From Octopus bimaculoides (lineage: Eukaryota), in NCBI RefSeq assembly GCF_001194135.2, contig NC_068993.1, forward strand, positions 14,042,288 to 14,106,258: 63,971 bases of DNA, read 5' to 3'. How positions within the stretch are numbered: the stretch's first letter is position 1; every line of letters begins with the position of its first letter. The notes beneath the pieces were generated by a model. It was not told the origin of the DNA. It saw nothing but the letters and a program-made list of their open reading frames with translations, and made no database searches. Positions 1-12,410 of this stretch are shown here, piece by piece. The translations under genes were made by a program, and so were the position numbers.

Positions 1-130
1 ATATATGTGTGTGTGTGTGTGTGTCTATGTGCGTGCGTGTCTATGTGTGTATATATGTATGTATGTATGTGTGTATGTATGTATGTATGTATGTATGAAT
101 GTATGTATGTACGTATGTATGTATTATGTA

Positions 131-164
<34 letters not shown>

Positions 165-3100
165 TATAAAGGAATGTGTGTGTGTGAGCGTGCGTGTGTC
201 TGTATGCTCATATAAGCAAACACAAAGACTGGCATACACACATTTACACACATATATGCACACATATAATTGTAAATGAAGATATATGTGTATTTGGGTG
301 TGTACACAAGAAGCTCACATTGATTCTGTAAATCAATCATGTGTTTATGTAATTATGAACACGTCTTTGATGAGAACTTGATCAAACAAAGTAATTAATA
401 AACATTTCTTGTTAACACAATGTTAAAGGCAAAGCAAAGAATGCCAGTTCTTTTCCCCTGCAGCCTGGCTGCCGGGAGAATAAAACAAACAATTAGAGGT
501 TTGATTAAATACATGATATTTGTGATAGCAAATGAATTCCAGCAGGAACTATTTACTTAATCAAAACCCGTATATGTGCTACGTATTCGAAATTTGAAAT
601 CTGTACAAATAATTGAAATTATGCTTCTAATATATTGGATACAACAGGGTCTTCAACTTATAGAAACTAACGTCATCACAAATTTGACAAACTAAAATAA
701 ACTATCTGTAATTATTATATATCTCTTTGTATACCACAAGACATTTTCGAATGAAATACATTGCTGTTCTGATAGAATAACTGCAATATCTGCAGTACCG
801 CCATCTGGAATTCTGCTACCACGTATATGACCGTCGAGGGTTAGACATCTACAGACAGGCATTGACAACAGACTGATTAATGCATCACGGCAATGAAGAA
901 TACAACTTCCTCTCTTGTGAGTTTGATAAATTTACGTTTTACTCTACTTTATGGGCTTCTTTCTGTAAGAAATTAGCGAGTAATTTGATGGAGATAGAGC
1001 TATTATTTCTAGCAAGCATCTAATGATGCCGACGGTCCGCTATTGAATAAATTAGTTTGCTTCTGGAAGGATCAGATATCGTATGAAAATTTATTTATGT
1101 AAACGTATTCAACGTTCTAATGTCAATTGATACCGTTTTTCCAGGCCACCTTCTGAGACGAAGTTAAGCGCCGGATGTACTTACACACTAATAAGTCTAA
1201 GAAAATAAATTCTTATACAATGAGCATATTCTGCCACCTGGTAGAAGTCAAGCTCCTTGAATTGTGTTTATGTTACGGAGATTTACTCGACAGCTTCATG
1301 TGACAGCTGGGCCCGTATTAACACGTACAGAATAAGAAAAAAGTAAAGATGTAATATGTGTTAAAATTATAGGTTTAATGTTTACTGAAGGAAAAAAAAA
1401 TCATAGTTTGGATAGTACAATAAATATTTATGATGGATATAGCTCCAGTTTATTCATGATCAACAGAAAATTATCACTTATAGAGACACCGCTGGGAAGC
1501 ATTATCTCATGTTCCTAAACATAAATATATATATGTATATATAACCAGTATCGAATCAGGGACAAAATTTATGTTTTAAAAGAAATGAATTGTTTATGTG
1601 CACGCGTATATTACGCGTATACAAGCATAGATATAGGAACAAATATTCACGCATATAAACTTAGATGAATGTGCTATGGGTTTCGTTTCAAAGTAAATGT
1701 TTTTTTTCTTGGACATATGTCTTCTACGTAGCATAGAGCGGAATGAATAACTCTGGACAGAAGTGGCCTAACGGGAAATGTAAGTAGTTCAACATAATAA
1801 GATGCATACAGCAGTAACATAACGGATGATTTGTTCAATTTCCGTTAAATGCCTTTAACAAACCCCGCCATTTTCATATATATATATAAATATATAGTTT
1901 TAGAGAAAAGAACCAAGGTTTATGAATTCATCGATTATTATTGTTATATATATATATGTAAATATGTATATATGTGTACATATGTGTGTGTACGTATATA
2001 TACATATACATTTATGAAAGCTGCAGCTCGGACTTTCAGATTCCTTTCCCTTTCGTCGGACAGTTGTAATTAATAAATGCATATTACGCTCCATATTTAA
2101 TCGAGTTCTATTTTTACACCTTGTATTGTATTTATGTGCTTACTTGCGTGTGTGTATCTACATACATACATATATATAGTTATTACTATAAGACAAGGGG
2201 CAAAATATTGTGGTCACTCATTTTAAAAATAGTAAATGAACGTATATTAACGTGAAATAAAATGCCGTATGTATAAGAGATTCCTACACATGTTTCAATC
2301 TGGTCACTATGTAAACAGGGCTTCGGATTTTTGGAACCATGTTAATAGTCTTAGACGTAAAATATAACAACGAAGTGACCAGGTATCAGCAGGTCTATAT
2401 AATTCAAAAAGCTTACATATTTTTCCATAGGAATACAATTTGGTGGTAGAGAGCTTTCTAGAAAAGCTGAATGAGAACTACATATTCATATGCTGAATAT
2501 CTACGTAATATAAATATTAGTTATTTAGAAAAGAAAGAGGGGACGTCGATTGTGTAACAGTGGCGGGTATTAGCTAATCAAAACTTTCTAAAAACCTTTT
2601 TTAATATTTTAAAAGAAGACGGTTATGTGTTTAGAAGGACAGTATACAACCATTTAATAGAATATATAGACGTTTAAGGGTTGTGAGAGACATAACGTAA
2701 TTAGGGAGTGATAATGTGTATACGTTAAGTAAAAAGATTGAATTAAAGAGGTAAAATAAGAAATAGAAAGGGATGTGAAAGGAACTAAAAAATTGATAAT
2801 AAAAAAAAATATGTTGTAAGAAATAACAAAATGAAATTATTGTTAAATCAATAAGTGATTAGGGAGATATAATAAAAAGTGTATGTGAAGATTTTAATAT
2901 TTACAAATTTATGGCTAAGACGGAATAAGCTATATTTTATACTTAGGTAAATTTGGGCAGGAAATAAATTAAATCAATTACTTTCCCTCCTTTTCTTATA
3001 GTACTAATTGTATATTAGACAGCTTATCCCTATATATTGAGAGAATTCTCCCAATATATCATTGATAACCCCAGTTGATCTCTAGATTTTATAATCTCGA

Positions 3101-3544
3101 AAGAGAACAATATATCATCAACTGACTATTTATGTATACATATATATATATATATATATANNNNNNNNNNNNNNNNNNNNNNNNNNNNNNNNNNNNNNNN
3201 NNNNNNNNNNNNNNNNNNNNNNNNNNNNNNNNNNNNNNNNNNNNNNNNNNNNNNNNNNNNNNNNNNNNNNNNNNNNNNNNNNNNNNNNNNNNNNNNNNNN
3301 NNNNNNNNNNNNNNNNNNNNNNNNNNNNNNNNNNNNNNNNNNNNNNNNNNNNNNNNNNNNNNNNNNNNNNNNNNNNNNNNNNNNNNNNNNNNNNNNNNNN
3401 NNNNNNNNNNNNNNNNNNNNNNNNNNNNNNNNNNNNNNNNNNNNNNNNNNNNNNNNNNNNNNNNNNNNNNNNNNNNNNNNNNNNNNNNNNNNNNNNNNNN
3501 NNNNNNNNNNNNNNNNNNNTATATATATACATATTACGATAGGA

Positions 3545-3697
3545 TTCTTTCCGTTTCCTCCTTGCATATCCACTCACAAGTGCTTGGTTGATCTGGGGCT
3601 ATTGCACAAGACCTGCCGAAACTGCATGGAGTAGGAGTGAACCGAGTACTATGCAATAGGGAAGCAAACTTCTTACCGCGCATCTGCGATTGCGCCT
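3545..3697 (-). mobile_element. SINE family C, 5' half
   Basis: ATCCACTCACAAG…GGAAGCAAACTTCTTACC is the reverse complement of the family C head. Similar fragments lie at 5358-5405(+), 25470-25550(-), 40820-40960(+), 46305-46405(-), 57575-57630(-) and 58645-58770(+). Confidence 0.75.
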
Positions 3698-3975
3698 TGT
3701 TTGGAAATGTATAACTATATGTATCTACGTTAGTATATTCGTTTTGCAAGATTCTTGATGCGAATTCGTGTGTTGAAACGTATATTGATGTCTTTGCGGA
3801 CGGTCATGCTGCAAGTTTAGACAATAAAAACACATGAACTATATATTTGGTGTTCACTTGCTACAGCTTTATTTTATATTAATTATATTTCGGCCAGAGT
3901 TATTTCGAACTCAAATACAACGTTTTATATATCTATTTATTTACTTATCCGTATGCATCTGCTTAGTTATCGTCC

Positions 3976-5335
3976 GGTGTTGCATTGATGATGTAACACT
4001 TTCTTCACACAGTGTATTAATTTGCAACTAGCTCTCAGACATCGTGGCCTAATTATCTATAAATTACGTTGTAGTCTAGGCCGAAAATCTTCCAAGTGTT
4101 GACATTTGCCTAAACAACAAGCAGACAGGTGTCTACAAATCCCATATCAATATTCACTTTACATCTAGGAGAAATTGATAGTCTGCAGATGTGAGTTAAT
4201 TTCATCTTGTCAAATATTTAACTTGAACCTGCTGTCAGATACTAACACTTTGCTGGCAAAATTCCATTTGTATCAACCACGATAACTTTATCTGTTAAGG
4301 TTGTCTATTATGAACTATTTATTACATGATTTAATCTTCAAGATTATCGACAGACATGTTACAGGCAACATTGTTTCTGTAAGATAGCTCTGGCAATTTC
4401 GCAACCAGTTAGGAAAGTGTTTGATTGCCAGAATAATCAACTACAAAACCATAATTTTATTCTCGAATAATGCAATTGTTCGTGGCCTGATTCAGTATAA
4501 TATTATTGTTGTGGTTCATCTTCACTTCTTCGCAAAATAGAAGGAGATCGTGAATAGCCATTCTCTACATGTGTTTCTGACGCTTTTTCCAAATCCCTCT
4601 GTCACACTGACAGTGTTTACTACTGTTACTATGACAGTAATTTGTTTCAGTCTTTCAACTTGAACGGTTCTTGCGATGTTTTATATTGTTTATATCAAAC
4701 GTGTTTCTTGATAGAACTAAAATACTCATGTATTTGATTATTTCATACTCTAATTTTAAAGCAAAACTTCATTTGGATACAGAAAGTCTTGAATAATATA
4801 TATGATACATAATTTTTGGAGTGTTCTGATTACAAAATTTCCCTAGAAAAGATCATTGAAATGTAGCATTTAACAACTGTCAGATACTATTCCTCCAATC
4901 AAGAATACGAGTACATGGCATCTTATATGTATGTATGTATGTGTGTATGTTTGTATGTATGTATGTATGTATGTATGTATGTATGTATGTATGTATGTAT
5001 GTATGGAGGTACGTATGTATATATGTATTATGTATGTATTATGTTTGTATGTATGTATGTATGTATATATGTATGTATGTGGTTTCAATTTAAATATTTG
5101 ACAAGATGAAATTAACTCACATCTGTAGACAATTAATTACTCCTAGATATAAAGTGAATATTGCTATGGGATTGTAGACACCTGTCTGCTTGTTGTTTTG
5201 GCCAATGTCAACGCTTGGAAGACATTTCGGCCTAGACTACAACATAATTGATAGATAATTAGGCCACGATGTGTGAGAGCTTGTTTCAAGTATATACACT
5301 GTGTGAAGAATGTATTACATAATAAATGCAACACC
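3976..5335. mobile_element. Long inverted repeat (arms ~3976-4229 and ~5082-5335, ~254 bp each); probable non-autonomous foldback/MITE-type DNA element
   Basis: Reverse complement of the right arm aligns across the left arm with scattered substitutions (e.g. TTCTTCACACAGTGTAT, GGCCTAATTATCTAT, AGCAGACAGGTGTCTACAA, GATGTGAGTTAATTTCATCTTGTCAAATATTTAA). The ~850-bp spacer has no recognisable ORF and includes a (TATG)n tract. Confidence 0.8.
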
Positions 5336-5569
5336 ATTTACAAAGAAGGTACTATCGTAGCTCCGTGGTAAGAAGGTTCCTTCCCAACCCCATGGTACTG
5401 GATTTATTCATATGCATATATGTATGTATGAGTATTTGTATCTATATATATATATATATATATNNNNNNNNNNTATAACTGTATGTATCCATGTGTAGAC
5501 AAGACTATAGAACGAGATATTATCTATAACAAAGGATATAAAATTGCGCCTGGAGTTCTTGACACTCGC

Positions 5570-5716
5570 CTTCTTTCTTTCTGTATTCCATTCTGCGGAA
5601 GAGCGTAGGCTCGAAACGTTAAAGACTCCTTCACTTCCCGAGTGTTAAACGAATACATCTGTTTGTTGTCTACACCACCTGCCTTCGTCGTTTGTTCTTT
5701 TGTAAATTCTCCCCCT
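5570..5716 (+). mobile_element. Hammerhead-bearing ~150-bp repeat, copy H1 (Penelope-like pLTR/retrozyme-like)
   Basis: Contains CATT-CTGCGGA-A-GAGC-GTAG-GCTC-GAAACGTT-AAAG at 5589-5624. Homologous to five other copies in the window. The 3' end abuts (TATG)n. Confidence 0.7.
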
Positions 5717-8514
5717 ATGTATGTATGTGTTTGTATATGTATGTATGTATGTATGTATATATGAATGTATGTATGTATATGTGTGTGTGTTTGTGTATGT
5801 ATGTATGTATGTATGTATGTATATGCATGAATGCAATAATTACAACGTTAAAATATAGAGTTTACAGCGTGATTGACTATTCTTAGCAGTCATAGGAGTT
5901 AAATACAAATAGATGCGCCCGGATTATATATCCCTCTAACGAGACACACGTGCGCATCCGAGCAGGTACACACGTACATATATGCATTGTGTGTGCATAT
6001 GTGTGCATTTCTATATTTTTTTGTGTGTGTACGCGTGGAAACAGGCGTGCACACTTATATACATCTCTTTGGGATTAGATACATATGTAAACGGTTAAAT
6101 AGCAATTAAAAAATATAGACGCATAACAGCTGCCCATATGAATGCGCCAATCTACGTATAGAATTATGGGTATGGGTTTATGATGTGGTTTTGTTTTATT
6201 GGTGAATGTATCTAAAGTTTCGAATGGAAAGTTTACTTGCTTGCAACATGAAATGAGCTGTTTTTACGTTTAGCATAATGTGAATGCTGAAGAGGATTTT
6301 GAACTCTGAGATGAACAGTGAATATCGTTTGGAAGTTAGTTTGTAAGAACTTTTCTAAACTGTATGTTTCAGTCATTTAATGCTCAAACGTCATTCGGTC
6401 GTCTATTGTATAAATGTTGCATCTCAAAAATAGACCGTACTCATATATCTAAATTTTAATCAAAATAGATTTTACCATATACTTATCTACCATCAACATA
6501 TGTATACGTTGTCTACATTAAGTGTTACTAGTAAAACAAGAAATATAGAAACAAACTTTGGAAAACATACCACACGCTCAGTCGAACATTGCCCGCACCC
6601 TTTCAATCCGTACATATAACATCTCATATCCATTTCTAAAATTTTACTCGAAACGATTTTTCCTGAACTCTGACGAATCCACTCGTCGCTATGTGGTAGT
6701 CACCAATTCTAACAATATATTGTTGTACAGCGAAATTGTTCGCTTCTGTCATTCAAGCAGTACATAGTATTTCCATACAATATATACATAGACACATTAA
6801 ACTCGCACCCCCACATATATATGATATAGATAAGTAGATACAGATATACATGTAAACTTGCACATGTATATGTATGTGTATGTATGCATATATAAGTATA
6901 TACATATATATGCAAACACACACACACATGTATGTCTATGTATATACATACATATATTTACATACAAACGTACAGTCATGCATATATGAACACTTGTTTG
7001 CTTATAAATTCTTGTCTGTATCTAGATGTGCACTTTTAAATGAAAGCGAGTGGAAGTAGTTTGAAAATTATTGCTGAATAAAGAAGATACGTCTGTTATT
7101 TCCGAGAATTAAATTTGCATCAAATGCATTAAAAAGTGTTTTATTTGTTTTAAAGCTATTATTCTACCATTGTGGTCATAATGTAACATTTAAAGGAAGC
7201 GGATGGCTATGCCGCATAAAAATGAATCAATATATGAGTGGAACTAGTTTTATACAATTTCATTATATCAACATATCTTTGTTTCTTCTACATTTTATAG
7301 AATCGGAAAGAGAAAACAGAAATATAGAGTGTAATGGGTGATGAAAGAAATAGAAAACGAGAACAGAAGAAGAGGGAATGAGGATGAAAGAGAAATGGAA
7401 AATATATCGAAAACCTGTAGGGTTAAAAATAAAAATAAAGCTGAAATAATATAAACCAAGCGTATAATAAAGGTTTCGCTGAATTTGAAATGTCAGTCCT
7501 TATGTGAGTCATTTCTGCAAATACACTTGACATTCTCAGACAATTCCGAACGAAATCATTCTAAACTCAACTATGAACATTGATATAAATTTGTTTATAC
7601 TTTGTTGAACACTTGTTGGGTTCAATATACGTTTTCATACTTCAATTCTTTCTCTTCAAACCTATCTATCAATATTTTTCATATCATTTTATGTCTATGT
7701 TTCTGTATATTATATTTGAATGTATTACGAATTTTAACTGGTTTAGCATAAATAACTTCCTCGCTAAATCCTTTGCAGACATCCGCATTGTCTGTTATAT
7801 AAACTTGGCAATATACTTCGAAAATTGTGTATACGAATTCTGATATATATCATTTATTGCTTCGTGTATATCTCATGTATTTTATGCTCTGTTATAAACA
7901 TGTATAAAATAATCAAATATCTGCGTTTGTAGGGGATTTTATATGTATAAATTCTCGTTTCTATTTCAAATGGAGAGTATGAAATTTTAACATTAATCTG
8001 AAACTTAATACTTTTAAGTAGAATGCATATTTAAAATTATTTACATGGAAAGGTCGATAGTAATTTCCAAAATTTCGAATTTTTTGCCTACATCAGTCAT
8101 CCGAAACTTTAAAGTAATTGTCACCTCTCTTGTCATAAGAAGATGAGAGACAGTGGTTTCGAAGATTCAGTCGGCTAGCCTTCGGGGTGGTTCCCGTCAG
8201 TAATGAGAGGGATATCGGCATATGCAGGTATATAAAATAACACAACATAAATTCGGGATTTGTTATAACTATCTCAGCCACGAGACGATACCTCACATAT
8301 ACCAAATACCAAGTGAGAGCAGCTCCCACTAAGAAGGGGATATACTCTCAAGAATCAAGTATTCTTCGCAGTGAAAATACTGTAAAGCAAGAAGGCAGGA
8401 ATATTGACTGGTAGCAAGAGAGCAGTCGAATTTTTTTTTTCTGCCTCGATAAACGTCATCAACATTTCAATTTTCTTAACGTTCCTTTAGAAACCAAGCA
8501 ACACACACACACAT

Positions 8515-8545
<31 letters not shown>

Positions 8546-8831
8546 CATGCTCACACACACACACAAATATGTATACATATGCAAAAATAATGAAACAATT
8601 ATGGAATGAAATAAAGAAAAGAAATGAAGAAAATGACGTAACTGAGTGTGCAATGCCGTGTATCGGGTATCAATGATATATTTCGTTTCATTCCAATAGT
8701 ATTTGTATTAATATGAATGGATCTATTGTAGTAATTTATCGTTTTGCTTGATTTACTCCTCCTCTTCAAATTGTCTTAACATCTTTTTTTATAAATAAAC
8801 CCGAATATATATGTGACCACTTTGGAGACAT

Positions 8832-9400
8832 ATGAAAATTGAGAACCAAGTAGAAAAAGAAACGACCTTTTTTGACCTCTGTTATTTTTTTGCGTCACCG
8901 AATCTTCCAAAGCTGCTAAATCCATTCAAAACGTTTTACTCTACACTTACTGAAAAAACTGCAGAGAAATGCTTTTCACATTTCAAAAATTGCTCAAATT
9001 CCGACCGATTTGATCAGTTGAGTGAAAATCGATATACTGAGCACATCTACTAGGGATTTGGCGCTGCTGAACGGTTTATTCTCAATCAATGGATGATCCA
9101 GCTGAATCGACCAGACCGATAACACGGTGTACTTTTTCAACACTACAATGCTTGCCAGCAAAAGTGCTATTCAAAAGCTTAGTTGGGAAATTCTACCACA
9201 CAAACCGTATTCTATTGATATAGTGCCTTCATATTATTATCTTTTATGGTTACTTTCCAAAAGTCGGGGAGGCGTTTTAGATCCGAAGATATAGCTCGAT
9301 GAATTCTTCAAGTCAATATTTGGTGGTTTTTACCAACAAGACATTGACAGGTTATCACGTTGTCGCAATCGTTACAGGCAATTATATTAGTGAGTGGTGT
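8832..9400 (+). mobile_element. Mariner (Tc1/mariner) transposase remnant, internally deleted
   Basis: N-terminus MKIENQVEKETTF…TLTEKTAEKCFSHFKN resembles the mariner HTH. Later frames give QHYNA…WEILPHKPYSIDIV, matching HDNARPH…WEVLPHPPYSPDL. Multiple stops and frameshifts. Confidence 0.75.
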
Positions 9401-9409
9401 GTTAAAATT

Positions 9410-10130
9410 GTTGATGAAAAGTAATGATCAGCGTTCTGGAGCATTTAAAGACTTGGATAAAGACTTGTGTGCATAATAATGTAACGGACAAATATGCAAT
9501 GCCCACATTCCAATCTGCGATTATTCGTTCAAACGCAACAAAAGCGACACTTTTTTTGAAAAGAACGATCACAGGATATAAAATACGGATTCCTTACAAC
9601 TATGAGGAGTGAAAAAAGTTCAGAATAGGAAATTATTTACCTAAAATGATGTTAGTACGCGAAGAAGCGTGCGATAAGAATGGAAACGTGTATTACAAGA
9701 GCCTCCTGTAAACTAAAACGTCGAATTCAGATAAATATTGTTCAACTTGAGGCCAACTATTGGGGGGTAGCCGATGAAAAACCTTCAGAACTGACCGGTC
9801 AGATGTATGATGTCTTCTCTAGGACATTACCAGATTTCATGCTCTTCCTGTAGCTAGAATGTGTTACCATGCCCAATGTACTCAGCTGTCTTTTCACATT
9901 CGGATAACCATTTAGTTTGAACCGAAAAACATTCGCTTATTTTGATGACTTAAATCCATTTTAGACCAGCTCATGAGCTATTAATAAGCCAAGATTAAGA
10001 AGATAATTGCATGAAGCATTAATGATGGCGAAAGGTTATGAAATAATAAGGGAATATATGGTTTGATAAAATTTTGTGCAAATAACTAAACATTCTCTTT
10101 GGGTTTTACTTGAAAACTACGAAGAATAGT
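9410..10130 (+). mobile_element. Second mariner transposase remnant (middle and C-terminus)
   Basis: VLEHLK…FLKRTITGYKIRIPYN matches FLKRIVTGDEKWI.Y.N. KMML…NGNVYYKSLL…SNSDKYC, NVLPCPMYS…SDNHL and WRKVM also match mariner motifs. Degenerate. Confidence 0.75.
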
Positions 10131-10727
10131 TAAAAAAAAACAACAACATATTTTTCTCTATTTGGATTCAACAATGTTTCATCCTTCCGAATTTGACAAA
10201 TGCTTTAGAAATATTAAACTTATGTTGTGTAGTATATCTGTACATAAGTTATGGAATTTCACCTTACAGAGGCAGTACTGTAATATATTCTATTTGTAGA
10301 ATTTTGCTTCACAATTATATAGCTGTTACGTATGTATGTTAGTAATCCTGCGAATGTCAGCAAATCATTGATATTGTCTACGTGGTTTGTTTCAAAGTTA
10401 GCAGTCTATATAATTCAGTTCTCTTTGGCTATTTCACTTTTTGTTTATTTTCATTCACTGAGTGATTCTATTATACTTGTGACGGAATAAGAAATTTACT
10501 CACAATCAATTATAATTAGTTAACTAAAAAAAAAAAAAAAATGTTTGTTTTATGGCTGAGGGTAGAACGTTCAATTTAAAGAAAAGAGAGAAGATAAAAT
10601 GCTTTATTTTATAATCGATTATTTCAATGAGTTAGCAGACTGAAAAACTATAAATATGTCTCTTCAATTTAAAAATGTAACTTCTCTTTATTTTTGCTTA
10701 ACGTGTAAAGAAATCTTATTTAAAAGA

Positions 10728-10763
<36 letters not shown>

Positions 10764-12269
10764 NNNNNNNNNNNNNNNNNNNNNNNNNNNNNNNNNNNNN
10801 NNNNNNNNNNNNNNNNNNNNNNNNNNNNNNNNNNNNNNNNNNNNNNNNNNNNNNNNNNNNNNNNNNNNNNNNNNNNNNNNNNNNNNNNNNNNNNNNNNNN
10901 NNNNNNNNNNNNNNNNNNNNNNNNNNNNNNNNNNNNNNNNNNNNNNNNNNNNNNNNNNNNNNNNNNNNNNNNNNNNNNNNNNNNNNNNNNNNNNNNNNNN
11001 NNNNNNNNNNNNNNNNNNNNNNNNNNNNNNNNNNNNNNNNNNNNNNNNNNNNNNNNNNNNNNNNNNNNNNNNNNNNNNNNNNNNNNNNNNNNNNNNNNNN
11101 NNNNNNNNNNNNNNNNNNNNNNNNNNNNNNNNNNNNNNNNNNNNNNNNNNNNNNNNNNNNNNNNNNNNNNNNNNNNNNNNNNNNNNNNNNNNNNNNNNNN
11201 NNNNNNNNNNNNNNNNNNNNNNNNNNNNNNNNNNNNNNNNNNNNNNNNNNNNNNNNNNNNNNNNNNNNNNGTGTATATACATACACATATGTATACATAT
11301 ATATACACAGAGCTATATACTATAAATGTATATTTGTATATGCATACACATATGTATGAATTTATAGATATGGTACGTATATATTCTAGGTGTGTATGCA
11401 TTTGTGCGTGTGTCTATGTATGTGTATGCATGATAGCGCGTGTGCAAGTATGTATATATGTGCTGTTTGCGTGTGTGGTGTATATGTGAAAGACGCGTAT
11501 GTACACAGATATTTAATGTCCTGGCAAGAAAAATTAATAATATAATATATAATATAGTATAAATCTTATGAGTTAGATATATTCATAAAGCAGTAAAAAT
11601 CAATATGTATTACAAGGAATGTTTTTGAAAACAAAGTAAGAAAAGTACAGAACTATAATTTAAAGGATTTGGCGCAATATAGTATAATTATCTCACTAAT
11701 TACAACGTAATTGTGTTAAAAGTTGAAACTTTCTGTTGGTGTATAGTATTTTCTTTTTGTGAGAATTCTTTAAATCTAAATTTGAATAATGTGAAAATGT
11801 CGTTGGGAAATTTCGATTTAGATGCACCAGTTCAGTTCCGATTATCAATTGCCTTTATAATGTAAATGTAAGCCAGAGAGAAATTAGCTAGTAATTTTGT
11901 AAAGAACGTATGACAATGCTAGAAATTTTATTTCATTTGGGATACTTTTGAAAAGATTCAGGCTAACGTGGAACAGGTAACGGATCTGTGTCCAGGCAAC
12001 GACAGCACCTCTTGTTTGGTTATTTTTGACCAAATTTTCATACATTTTAACTGTAAAATAAAACTAAGGTGCTAATGCCATCATTGTTCTCAACGAACTA
12101 TTGGAAACAAAGTTATATATTCCATACGTTATGCAAATGACACATAAGCCAACCTGCAATCGGACATGAAACGAACATAATCCATAATAATTTAGTATTG
12201 ACATAAATATAGTTTCTTCTTAATTTCCAGTATAATGTTTAAGATGATATTGCATATTTCAGACAACGT

Positions 12270-12410
12270 GATGGCAGAATGGTCATCGCGCACTTAGCCT
12301 CATATTGTCCTCCTTTAATTTCTGAGTTAAAATTCTCCCCTGGGTCGACATTGGCTTTCATCCTTTCGGACTCACTAAAACAAGCATCAGTTGAGCACTG
12401 GGTCCAATGA
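12270..12410 (+). mobile_element. SINE family A (decayed)
   Basis: TCTGAGTTAAAATTCTCCCCTGGGTCGACATTGGCTTTCATCCTTTCGG. Explains the spurious ORF 12239-12451. Confidence 0.7.

Noticed and set aside
7-279. MCVCVC…/MYVCMY… ORFs here and throughout the window
   Set aside because: They are translations of (TG)n, (TATG)n and (TA)n repeats, which lack stop codons in some frames.
741-916. Slightly GC-richer stretch with an acceptor and GTGAGT donor; a 60-codon open frame on the minus strand
   Set aside because: All three plus frames hit stops between the splice-like sites. The minus-frame peptide has no recognisable homology and a weak acceptor.
2430-2720. Possible decayed Penelope RT (GTSI…VLAN-like)
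   Set aside because: It requires several assumed frameshifts and no YxDD motif is recoverable.
8100-8330. MRDSGFED suggesting a transposase fragment
   Set aside because: The similarity does not extend beyond about 8 residues.
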